From the NCBI GenBank assembly GCA_004022145.1, contig RCNU01000009.1: DNA of 64,000 nt; one strand, given 5' to 3'. How positions within the stretch are numbered: position 1 is the stretch's first letter; every line of letters begins with the position of its first letter. Both the position numbers and the translations under genes were made by a program. Shown in pieces: positions 1 to 12,659 of the stretch. The notes beneath the pieces were generated by a model. The model did no database searches, was not told the DNA's origin, and saw only the letters and a list, made by a program, of their open reading frames with translations. This stretch comes from Paecilomyces variotii. Taxonomy: Eukaryota.

Positions 1-1388
1 GATGGGCTGCTTCAACAGCACTGTCGGAGACTGGATTTGTAACCACGATTATTGGAGGCTGTCGCGTACCGCTACCATCTTCTGATGGTCTATAAACAGT
101 AATATGAAGCGTTCCCGGATCCCTAGTTTGGACGGGAGACAGTGGGATCCCATCATGGCCGACAAGGGCTGCAATCTTTCGTTTTGCGAGAGCCGGATGA
201 CGCAGTTCATACCGCTTCTGGTTATTATTCCATACCAATCGGCATGATTCATGAGCAACTGCTCGTCTAATGGCATCCGTTTCTACCTCAACAGCCTCCG
301 TAGGTGCTAAACGGTTTTGTCTGCTGAGCTCTGCCGCCTGATCAACAGCAAGCATTGCTGCTAACCTTGAGAATATCAGCGTCAGGAGGCCATCGTTAGG
401 TGGCTGGCGACGGTTTCGATCTTCCAAATTAAGCATCATGACGGGCACGCTCTTATTAGGCTTGCGAGGATACGTCCTCGTAATTGCTAATTCGTTTGTA
501 GAGAACGTCTGCATTGCATAAAATGGCACGTGCGGGTCACCGAATGTAAATGTGGCTGGGTCAATCCTATGAAGCACGTCAGGTCCTGTTCTTCTGTAGT
601 TCGGTGGTGTACTGAATCTTAACTCACCGTGTCACCCGAAGATTGAAGGTCCCAGCCCTATTTTGAGGCTTTTGCCCATTGGCAATTTCCCAGAGAACCT
701 CAAGGTCTTCTGCGGAAGAGTAATGAATAGTCGCATTGTCAAGGGCATCATCGGGAAAGTTCATCACGCTTGCTGGCACAGTTTTTGGACCGAGGACAAA
801 GTCAATCTCTGCGGGTTGCGATACCGCGAGTCTGTCTTGTCCCCGAGATGCATTAACCGGTTCGATATCCACCGGATAGTAATTTTGCTCGGATAGAGGC
901 AAATCGGGATTGTAGCGTGGAAATATGGATCTTATCGGAACAAAAGGAGATTCTGGAGACCTCGAATCCGATTGAGGTGAGGTTGTCCTGTGCTGAGAAA
1001 CCCCAACACTGCCCGCGACCAATGTGGTGGAGCTTGACTTTGCAGTATACGACTCCGGCGATGTCTTCTTTTCAGAATGGCTCTTCGGACCTCCAAAGCC
1101 ACGATCGGGTTCAGCGGGCTTAGATGGTAGCGATGGCTCAGGTGCTTTAGCAGGAGACGTCGACGACTTCAGATGAACCCTCTGCGGTGGCTGTATAGAA
1201 TTCGTTTCCTCTATTATTCGAAGAAGTACAGCTTCTGTATCCTTTGATGCTTTGATTTCCTCTGAAGAAACAGGACTGTGAGGCTTTTCTTCTTCCTTTC
1301 GTCTTCGACTGGCCCTGAGGAAGGGATCGGTACCGCTCCTCTTTGGTGAAGAAGGAGGAAACAGTTGAAACTGTGCCGCTGGAGACAT
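1..1388 (-). CDS. Conserved fungal hypothetical protein, Pro/Ser-rich N-terminus; 3' end runs off the window
   Basis: ORF 624..1388 plus GT-AG intron 567-627; exon 2 continues in frame (IDPATFTFGDPHVPFYAMQTFS...LTLIFSRLAAML). Confidence 0.75.
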
Positions 1389-2298
1389 CTCGAATATAAT
1401 TAGATTAAGATAATTCGTCAGTGGTATTGTATCTGATATAAAAGTAATAGAGCCCAGCTCGTTGTTGAATGTCGAAGACGCCCAGCGCTCAACCAGTGCC
1501 TAAGTATAGAATACTAAAATAAATCAAAGAAAGTCAAGAGTTGAGAATAGAGGGATTTGCGAACGGTAAGCTCATCGATCAAATCGACCAGGAGACATCA
1601 GAGGAGAAACGAGTAATTAAAGGCCCTTTCCACGGCGTGCAACCCCTCATAACCAAACCCAGTTTCTCAACTGAAATCACGGTTGTCGATAGTCAACATC
1701 GCAACTAATGGGAACCATCACGCCAGCCCTGCACCTTGGCGAAGTAGCGTGTTCTATAACAGGCCAGAACCTGTGAAGGAAGTTAGGAAATAACAGGCCC
1801 ATATTCGCGACTTGGTGTGTCTTGATGGCGATTCGAGGATCTCACCCCGTTGATCAAGGCGGGCGGTTAAGCAATCTGCTCTTCGTGGGGATGATTGGGC
1901 GAATCCGTTGACAGTCACCCGGCTAGAGCTTTAGGGGCGGTAAGGTACAGCACTCACAGCAATAGCCATTCCCAAATATAGATCAGATGGGGGAATAATT
2001 GGCCTATGCTGGGTGCTTTGCTTATCCAAGTTATACTTAGGAACGGCGCGGATTAGCCCACAAAACAGACGAGGCTTTATGCTTACTAGATACACCAAGG
2101 ATGTTCGCGATCTATCGCCACATATATGCCATTGGACCCCGGGGAGTGAGTTACCTTGGCGCCATACATATAGTTACTTGTACTTCCACGGTGATGCTCT
2201 GGTGCCGAGATATGCAAGGTCGTGGTATCATTCTGTTATACACTCATCCAAGTCTATACTAAAGCGAAGCCTATAATACATTTGTTTTGATTTGTTCA

Positions 2299-3876
2299 CT
2301 AGTCACGTCCAGCTGCCTGAGCTTCCTCGTACACATTATGTGCTAGAGCTTCAGCCATTTCAACCGCACCTTCCATGTTTCCCTTATTGTACAAGAATAA
2401 TCCTTGCAGCGCAGCTGTGCTGGTAGATCTGGAACGGTCTGGCTTACGGCCATTGGCATCTTCAATGAGGCCAAGCTCCTCCAGCCGTTTAAGGAAAGCT
2501 TCTTTGTACCTACCATCCGTGTCAAATTCACTGTAGAAGCGATCCCACAGACAGCCAACTTGATAACGAGTGGCTTCACCAAAGCGAACTGTCATGTCGA
2601 CACGGCCGGGGCGGACGAGTGCCTCATCGAGTCTCTCGACATGGTTTGTTGTTAAGAAGATTATACGCTCTTCAGCACTTGCAACCCCATCGAGAGCGTT
2701 CAGCAGGCCGGAAAACGTAACGTTTGCCCCACGATAACCATCGGCATCTGTCTGGACCCGTCGGTTTGAGAAGGCGGCATCTACGTCCTCCAGCAGGACG
2801 AGAGTTCGATTCGGAATAATGGTCAGAAGGTGGTTGAGTCGGTCATCGGTCAATCCACGCTCGCTGAGATTGAGAATGGCGATATCATAATCAAGCTCAC
2901 CAGCCAGAGCCTGAATGAAAGAGCTTTTACCGCTCCCTGGAGGACCGTAGAGAAGATAGCCTCTCCTATACGGGATTCCACGGTCATAATACCATTGGTG
3001 GCTACTCATGAAATCCTTCACGTCTGCAACAATCCGCTCTTTCACTCCCTTATCAAGAATCACGGACTCAATAGGACGCTTGCGTCGCGGCTGTCCAAAC
3101 TGTCGCCACTCTGTTCCCCAGCTATTATATATCGATGTCTTTCCCTCGTGCGATTTCGCCGCGTATTCATGGGCTTCGGTGAAGAGGTCCTCGAAAATAT
3201 GACGTTGAGAATACAGGGTGGTCAAGGTAACTGTTTCCCACGGACGGCCGGTTTGATGGTCTCTCGACTTGGATTCTCGGACCCGGTTCACGAAGATAAA
3301 TGCATTCTTATAGCGAAGTACATGTTTTCCGGGACCGGGAATCAAGGTGAAATGGGTGTGAATAGCTCCGTTTGAGTGTTCGACCTTCTGTGTCTGGATA
3401 GACAGATGGCGCATACCCGGCGTCAATTTCTGAAGCAGAGACTCCATAAACCCAGATTTGCCAGCGGCTGTACGAGCTCCCTGTAGCTGCGACTGCTGGT
3501 AGAGTGTCATCCAGTGCAAGAACCATGCGTATGAATCATCCTTGATACTGATCTCAACGTCGACCAGCATCCGTCGGCGGAGAAGCGCAGCGCCATGTCG
3601 AACCCCTCTCTGCGCAAGAGTGAGACCCGCTGTCAGACCTGCGAGACCAAAACCCTGGATTAAGAAGGAAGATTAGAATGTACTCCATATATTTATTCAC
3701 TGAACATGACCTACCGCTGTGAAGAACGGGTTGTTGGCCAACTGTGAAAAGAGTCCACCATCTCCGTTGGGCTGCGATACAGCCGGGGTCGTCGCATCAC
3801 GTCTTTGCTGCAGGATCAAATCAGCAGGCGACAGCGTGCCTTGGTCCTTGGCCAGCCCATTTGTTTCCATGCCCAT
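2299..3876 (-). CDS. bcs1: Mitochondrial AAA chaperone BCS1
   Basis: NNPFFTA|GFGLAGL across intron 3655-3714; WETVTLTT, GIPYRRGYLLYGPPGSGKSS Walker A, LEDVD Walker B, RPGRVD. First in-frame ATG is 3876 (the ORF-track start at 3912 is GTG). Confidence 0.95.
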
Positions 3877-3984
3877 GAAGTGGTTGTGATCGCGCCGCGT
3901 CGCAGCTTTCACATGGCGAAGCTCTTCCTATGTGACGGAGAGATGTCGGACTTACTACGGGCCGAAAGTCCTCACCTTAATGTT

Positions 3985-4112
3985 TGAAGGAAGCGGGAGA
4001 AAGCTTGCTTAATTGGATCTAGGAGCTAGGCGAAGCCTATATGGGCTTGCTAGGTCACGTGATCGCTAGGGAGCAGGGCGCCGAAAGGGGCAGCCAGAGG
4101 GGGCCTTTAATA
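3985..4112 (-). repeat. Copia A 3' LTR (128 bp)
   Basis: Direct repeat of 29092-29219 with 6 mismatches, all transitions. Confidence 0.95.
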
Positions 4113-5257
4113 CCTACCCTCGCACTAAGTATTAGGGAACATATAGCAATTATTTAAATAATTAAATATAAATAAATAGGACTAACTAGAAAGCAGATAA
4201 TATATAAAAATAAAGAAATAAGCAGTTTAGTTATATAATTAAGCAGTTATAGTTAAGCTAAGCTGCTTAAGCTATATCTAGAATTTTAAGATTATTAGCC
4301 CTTTAATAAAACTATTAGCAATATTATCTATAGAATTAATATATTTTAAATTAATTATATCTTAGGCAAGCATATTATAAATATAATAGAACTATATATT
4401 AATATATTTAGAGTATTTAATACTAGCAGAAATATAGATTAGATCTTAGGCTTTATTATTATTAATATTTAAAGTAATTAGACTAATATTCTTTATAATA
4501 CCTATATTAATTATTAAATAATATATTTATTAGGCTTTTCTAGCAGCTTTAGAAGCAGCTATATATTCTGCCTTATTAGAGCTAATTAAAATACAGGTTT
4601 ACTTATAAGTCTTTTATAAAATAAATCTGCTAGTAAGTATAAAAATATATTTTAATATAGAATAATATTTATTATAATCTCTAATATAATTAGAGTTATA
4701 ATAGGCTTATAGAAGTCTAATATCTTTATTATCTTTATAGTATATAATACTATAATTAGGGTATTTAGCTAAATAATATATAATATACTTTAAAGCTATA
4801 TAGCTCTTTAAAATTAAATAAGAGTTTCTCTTAGCTAGTAAGCTTATAATCTTAGATAAATTAAGATAAGTCTTAGTAGCTAATTATTAATAATAGCTAA
4901 TACCCTATTAATATTTTTTAATATTAACTATAGAATTAGGCTTATTATTAATTTAAAGCTTAAAATCTATAAGAGATTTAATATAGCTAAAATCTTTCTA
5001 TTTAAAAGATTAGATAAATTTATATATATACTCTGTTTAAATAAGCTATATGCCCTTCTTATTATAAGAGACTTCTATTCTTAAATAATGCTTAATAGGC
5101 CCTAAATTCTTTATTTTAAATTGCTTAGAAATACTATTATAGACTGCCTAAATAATAAATTACTTAGAAGTATATATAGAGAAATTATTAATATAAATAG
5201 TAATATAAATATTTTCTATAATAATTAAAATCTAGAGGTAGAGATTATATAGAGTAT

Positions 5258-5611
5258 TATAAACTAGGGCTATAATACTTAATTTAAACCTACTAAGACC
5301 TAAGATAGATAATAAAAGATAATAAGATAACTAGATCTATATATAATAGTTAGATTAGCTAGTTATAGATAAAGCTGTTAAGACTAAGTTATCTAGATAA
5401 CCTAGTAGAATAGATAAATAGATAAATAACCCTTAAAAGAATAAAAGTTAGATAGATTAATAATTTATTCTAATTATTACTAAATCTAACCTTTAACTCT
5501 ATTATATATAGATAGCTACTCGCTTATATCTCTACTTCTTATCTTATATTCTATTTAATTAGTCTAACTAGTTACCTCTAATAAAAAGCTTTCTTACCCT
5601 AGCTCTTTATA
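5258..5611 (+). repeat. Gypsy B 5' LTR
   Basis: Direct repeat of 12305-12658; similarity extends 3 nt further on each side (TAT, GTT), so the exact ends are uncertain. Confidence 0.85.
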
Positions 5612-8600
5612 GTTTAAATTGCTTAACTAATAATATATTAAGAAAAGAAGAGATATTAAAAAGTAATACTAGAGATTAGTATAGAGAATCTAAATATAGC
5701 CTAAAGCCTAATACTTAACTTAAACTAATAAATATTACTAATTTTAAGCAATTAAGATTAGTAAGTAATACTAGTTCTAATTAGCCTAAACTAATAACTA
5801 TTATAGGCTTAAGAAATCTAATAAATTTAAGAAGTATTATAGACTCTAAGATTTAATAAAAATTAAATATTATTAGTACTAGACCTATTATCTTATTAGG
5901 TTCTTAATATTAATTTAATAGTATAGCAATAAAAGCTCTATAAAATACAATTCAGAGATTATTAAAAAAGATAAATATAGCTGCAGTTATAGAGCTAATA
6001 AAATAAATAAATATAGCTCCTAAATCTGGGTTTATTATTAAACTGCTTAAACCTTATTAATATTAAGCTAAAGATCTAAATATTTACTATTATTAGTGCC
6101 GCTATATAGACTAATACTTTACCTATAATATATTAATATTTTAAACTAAAGCTAATAAGATAAATTATGCTGCTATATTACTTTTAGATAACTATAGAAT
6201 AGCTTAAAGTTACAGACTTCTTACTTCGGCTATAACTTTATAATAAAGATTTTAATAATAGCTATTAAATTATCTTAAGAATCTATAATATTAACCTTAA
6301 ACAGCTGCTATATAATTCTAAAGATTAAAGTAATAGCTAAGACAGACTGCTTAAGAATTTTATAATAAATTTAAGCTTTATAGAGCTAAATTAGCCCTAG
6401 AAAATAATATTTAAAGCTAAACCTTCTTCTCTATATTATAGGAAAATATATAGAATTAATTATTTAAGTGTATATATATTCTAATTAATCTAAACTAACT
6501 AGCTTCTAAGGCTATAATTATTAAATAAAGTCTTAAAAACTCTATTAAATCTTAATTAAAAAACTTTAAAAAAAAGGAATAATCTTAACCTTATATAAGG
6601 AAAAAAGACTAATTCTATCTATATGCACAGGATAAGTAAAAGGATAAATTATTTTAATTAACCTCTATAAAGACCTATTTAAAACGCAAAATAAAAAATT
6701 TTAGATTCTTAAAGGAGTAAAAATAGTTAATAAAAGAAGGGCAATGCTTTAATTATAAAAAAAACAGATATATTAGTAAATAATATCCTAATAAGATAGG
6801 GAAGAACTCTAAACCCCCTAAAGATAAAGGCGTTAGGCTTAATATATTTTAGCGCCTTAAAGGTATAGAGCTAGAGTTTATAACTTTAATAAGTATATTA
6901 ATTAAGGATTATATTATAAAAATAAATATACTTCTTAATTCTTAAGCATACGCTAACTTTATTAATTATAATTTTTTACTATATTATAGATATAAGAGGT
7001 TTTTATAAAAGCTAATAGGTTATACCTTATAAATAAAAGACTAAATAATACTAATTTATAGCTACTTCTCTATTACTATTAATATAAAGAACTTAAAGGA
7101 GAAGATAAAATATTATAAGATTAACTTTTAGATTATTTTTATATAAGAACTTAATATAGTTAAGAAAAATTAAAATATAATCTTAAGATTATTATAATTA
7201 TACTATAATAATCTTATTATAGATTAAAAACGCCTAACTTAAAAATACTAATAAAAGGCTTTACCCTAGATTAAGATTTAAACCTTATAAGTATTTATAG
7301 AGATAGTATAAAATTAACTAATCTATTATATATAAGGGGAATATATTAAAATAGATATAGAAGAAATTTAACTTCCTCTATATTATATATAATTCTAAGA
7401 TATCTTTTTAAAAAAGGAAGCTAAAATATTACCTCTATTAGAAGATATTAAGATTTATATAATTAATCTAATTAATAATAAGTTGCTATTATAGGGGTCT
7501 TTATACCTATACTTTATTAAAGAACTAAATGCATTATAAAAATATTTAAAAGATATATAATAATAAGATTAAATCTAGGCTTTAACTAGCCCAGCTAAAT
7601 TACTAATTATTTTTATCCTTAAAAAAGATAATAAATTACACTTATATATTAATTATTAAAGACTAAATACCTAAATAATTAAGAATTGCTATTTATTACT
7701 ATAAATAGATAAAATACTAGATTAATTAATAAATATAAGATTCTTTATAAAACTTAATCTTTAAAAAGCTTATTATAAAATCTATATATAAAAGGGAGAT
7801 AAATAGAAGATAATATTTAGAACTAGATATAGCTATTTTAAATATCTTATTATATTATTTAGACTATATAATGCTTTAGCTATATTTTAAGCCTATATTA
7901 ATATAGCGCTAAGGGGCCTATTAAATATCTACTGCATTATATACTTAAATAATATCTTAATCTTCTTAATAAATAAGAAAAAATATAAATAGTATATCTT
8001 TAAAGTACTAGAAAGACTCTATAAATATAATTTATATATAAAGCTAAGTAAATATAAATTCTATAAGGAGAAAGTTTTCTTTCTTAGATTTATTATAAGA
8101 TATAATAAGATTAAAATAAATCTCTTTAAGATTAAAACAATTTATAATTAGCCTATATTAAAGACCTTTTATAATATTTAAGTCTTTTTAAAATTTATAA
8201 GTTTTTTTAGAAGATTTATTTATAATTACTTTTTTATTATAATACTATTAATAGACTTACTTAAAGATAGTAAGAATAGTAAAAAAATAGGCTTATTAGA
8301 ATAAATACTTAAAATATAAAAAGCATTTAAAAATTTAAAAACTATATTTATTAAACTACTAATATTATAGTATTATAATTTAGAAAAGCCGATTATAATA
8401 GCTATAAATACCTTAAAATTTACTTTAACTGCTATTTTACTATAGCTTATAAGTAAAATAATAGAGTAATAGTACCTAGTCGCATATTTCTTAAAGAAAT
8501 TTACTGAAATTAAATATTAATATAAAGTATATAACTAGGAACTATTAGCAATAATTAAAGCTTTTAAATATTAAAGATACTATTTAAATAGTAATAAATA

Positions 8601-11600
8601 CCCTGCTTAAGTATAGACTAATTATGCAAACCTATATTACTTCTTTATAATAAAGATTTTAAATAATAAGTAAGTAAAATAGGTAAAGTTATTAGCGGGC
8701 TATAACTTTTATATTAAATATAAGCTAGATTATTTAAATATAGCTAATATATTATCTTAAAAACTAGACTATAAACTCTTAGAAAAGAAGTAGGAGATTA
8801 AATTATTACCTACCCTATAAAAAAAACTAAAATTATATACTTTAAATAAAAAAAATAATATAGATAGTTATAAACACTTACTGCTAAAACTATTAATATT
8901 AAAGATTATTAATAAGGAGATAATCTAAGATCCTCTAAAGCTTAATTTTCTAGAGTTACTTAGGTAGCTCTAATAGAGAGATATCTTTATATTAAAGAAG
9001 ATTAATAATTTAGAGACTAATTAATCTAAAAGCTCTAAATAGATTATAAATAATAAGAATCTGCTATAAAGATAAGATTAAATTTATATTCTAGATAAAT
9101 ATTTATTAAAGTAAGAATTACTGCGAATTTATTATAATAATCTATATACTAGCTATTAAGGAGTTAAAACTATAGAAAAACTACTTAAATAAAAATTCTA
9201 TTAGCTAGATATATAGAATAATATATAAAAATATATAAAGACCTATAATATCTATAAAAGAAATAAAATTCTTAGATATAAATTATATAAATAATTAAGC
9301 TTACTACTTATAGTAAAAAGACCCTAGTAAAATATATTAATAGACTTTATTATTAGCCTATTATTATTAATTTAATAAGGAGTTAAATATAATATAATCC
9401 TAGTAGTTATAGACTAATACTCTAAAATAGCTCTATATATCTTAACCTAAGAAATAATTATAGCAGAAGATTTAGCTAACCTAATAATAGAAAGAATATA
9501 TTACTAGTTTAGTCCCTTAAAATTAATTATTTCTAATTAGGGATTAGTATTTACTAATAAATATTAGATTAAGCTTTATTAATATATATAAATTACCTAA
9601 TTAATAAGCACTACTTTTTATCTATAGATAAATAAATAGATAGAGTACTAGAATTAGACTTTAAAATATTATTTAAAGGTATATATAAATTATTATTAAA
9701 ATAACTAGGTATTATTATTAAATACAGTAGAATATACTTATAATAATATAAAGTATTCTATTACTAAATACTCGCTATTTAAAGCCCTTTATAGCTTTAA
9801 TCTTAATAGCTAGGATAAATATAATATAAAAATAAGGTTAAATATTTTTACTGTTAAAGAATAACTTAAAAAATTATTAGATATTAGGGTAAAGTTAAAG
9901 AAGTACTTATAATATACTATTAAAGTATAAGCAAAATACTATAATAAGAAACATATACCTAAGTTATATAAGATAGGGGATTAAGTTCTTCTATTAATAA
10001 AGAATTTATAAACTAATTAATTAAATAAGAAGTTAAACTACTAATTTTCTAAACCCTATAAAATAATAGAGATAATTAGAAAGTAAATATACTAATTATA
10101 ACTACTAAAGAGCCTAGGCAAGATATATCTAATATTCTATATATTCCTGCTAGAACCCTATAATTAATAAGAAGAGATAAAATTTAAACAGCTAGATCTA
10201 GTTTTTATTAATAAAAAATAAAAATAAAAAAGAAATCCTTAGCGAATAAACCTTTTATAAGAAAAAATAATTCCTAATAAAATAAAAAGAATATCCTTTA
10301 TATAAAAACTTATAGCAAATATTAGAAGATCTTATATATATAATTAAAGCTTTAAAGAAATATTATAGCAAGAATCTTAATAAGACTCTTAATATAAATA
10401 AGCTACCTAAATAAAGATAAGATAAAAAAAAGCTAAGAATTAAAAAGCAAAGTAAAATAAATAGATAATAATACTTTTTCTCCTATTAGGTTTTTTAACT
10501 ATTATTAAATATATTACTATATATATTACTCTTTCTCTGATTTTTTTATAAGATTTAAGAGTTTTAAAAAGAATATAAAAAAAAGGAATTTTAATAAAAA
10601 CAATTTAATTTAACTAGGCTAGCCCTAGCTAATAATCTAAATATAGGCCTATAAAATTATCTTATTTAACTACTTTACTACTATAAAACCCCTTAATAAT
10701 ATCTTTCTCCTCTTTATTAGAGAATAGAGGCAGTCCCTATAATTAGGCAAGTATATTTGCTATATATAAGATATTGCAGTTTAATAAATAGATTATTTTA
10801 TATAACTCTTAAAGGAGATATAATAATTTTAATTTAAAATATAATAGAATTAGTAGAATAGTAATAATACTAAATTAATATTTAATAGTCTTAAATATAG
10901 ATTTCCGCATATATGCCTTTATAAAAAAAATATATATATTTATAGCCTTATTAAAAGACTCTAAATTATTTAAAAGATAAGCTTTTTAGCTAAGACTCTA
11001 AATATAAATTAACTTAGCCTTATATATTAATAGTATAGAGATATATAACTTATAAAAGCTCTTATAATAGAGATATTTTATATTAATATAAAGATAAATA
11101 TACTATTACTTTAAATCTTATACTAAGGCCTTTAAATAATAAAGATATATCTCCTATAGGATAAAAGAAAAGTCTTTAATTAAACTCTCTAGGCTAAAAG
11201 GATTTATAATAAAATCTATCTTAAAGATAATAAAATAATTTATTATTATATTAGTATTAGTAATAATAATTAATATTACTATCTTAATAAGAGCTAAATT
11301 AATTTAAGGAGGAGGTATTTTTAATAGCAGTCTTAACTCTAGGAATAGAAGTTATAATAATATCTTAGATTCTTTAAGTCTTTATACTAGGGACTTCCTT
11401 TATTTTTAACTTTTTTTATAGTTTTTTAATTAGCTAAATAGGAATTTCTTCTATTATAGGTATAATAAGAGTAGTATTATTATAACTATATTTTAATCTT
11501 TAAAGAGAATATAATAAACTAGCCTATACTTTCTTATATATAGGAGGAATTATATTGCTAGATATAAATTAATCCTTATATATCTTAGGTAAGAGATACT

Positions 11601-12304
11601 TCTCTATTAAAAGGTCCTCTACAGATAATTTTAATAAAGATATTTTATTATTATTATTAACAGCAGTAAATAAAATAATCTATAAAAAAAATTATTAATT
11701 CTAATATTATATTAGTAATTAAAGATATAAGAGAAGGAGATAGCTTATTAAACTGCTTATTATCTATATTAAGCTAATAATTAAATAAATAATCTTTAGT
11801 TAGTAGCTATAATAGCTTAAGGCCAGTTATAAGGGCTTTATTAAGAGAGCCTAAAATAAATAAAATATATTTAAAGTACTTAGGAGGTATTACTATATTA
11901 ATTAGTATTATTATATAAACTTAAAGGATTATAACTTATATTAAGTATATATATAGGACTTATAAAAAAAAATAACTTAAAAATCTTATTTTTAATATAC
12001 TTATATAACTATTAGCTATTTTTATATTTAAACTATTAAAAATAGCATTAAATAAGCTATAGAAATAAAAAAAGAATAGCTTAATATATAAATAGAAAGA
12101 TAGGAGTTAGTTAATAAAGAATAAAAATACTCCTAATCTCCTAAATAAAAATATTAAAATAAAGCTAATATTAGATAAATTTATATAATAAATATATTTT
12201 AATAATAACTTATTATTATTACTATAGCTACGCCTAAATATTTAGACCTATATAATAAACTTTATATAGCTTAAGATAAGCCTTTTAATAAGAGAGGATA
12301 TTAT

Positions 12305-12658
12305 TATAAACTAGGGCTATAATACCTAATTTAAACCTACTAAGACCTAGGATAAACAATAAAAAATAATAAGATAACTAGATTTATATATAATAGTTAA
12401 ATTAGCTAATTATAGATAGAGCTGTTAAGACTAGGTTATCTAGATAATTTAGTAAAACAGATAGATAGATAAATAACCCCTAAAGAAATAGAAGTTAAAT
12501 AGATTAGTAATTTATTCTAATTATTACTAAACCTAACCTTTAACTTTATTATATATAGATAGCTACTCGCCTGCGTCTTTATCTCTTATCTTATATTCTA
12601 TTTAACTAGTCTAACTAGTTACCTCTGATAAAGAGCTTTTTTACCCCAGCTCTTTACA
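12305..12658 (+). repeat. Gypsy B 3' LTR
   Basis: Preceded by a PPT; ends in unmutated TTTACA. Confidence 0.88.
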
Positions 12659-12659
12659 G

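Larger units (their letters stand above)
5258..12658 (+). mobile_element. RIP-inactivated Ty3/Gypsy chromovirus-type retrotransposon (element B)
   Basis: About 354-bp LTRs (5258-5611, 12305-12658; TATAAA=TGTAAA ... TTTACA); PPT AGAGAGGA at 12291-12298; RT relic FRTRY...YLNN (=YLDD) at 7942-7953; RH, then IN, then a chromodomain-like relic at about 10220-10370. Confidence 0.9.
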
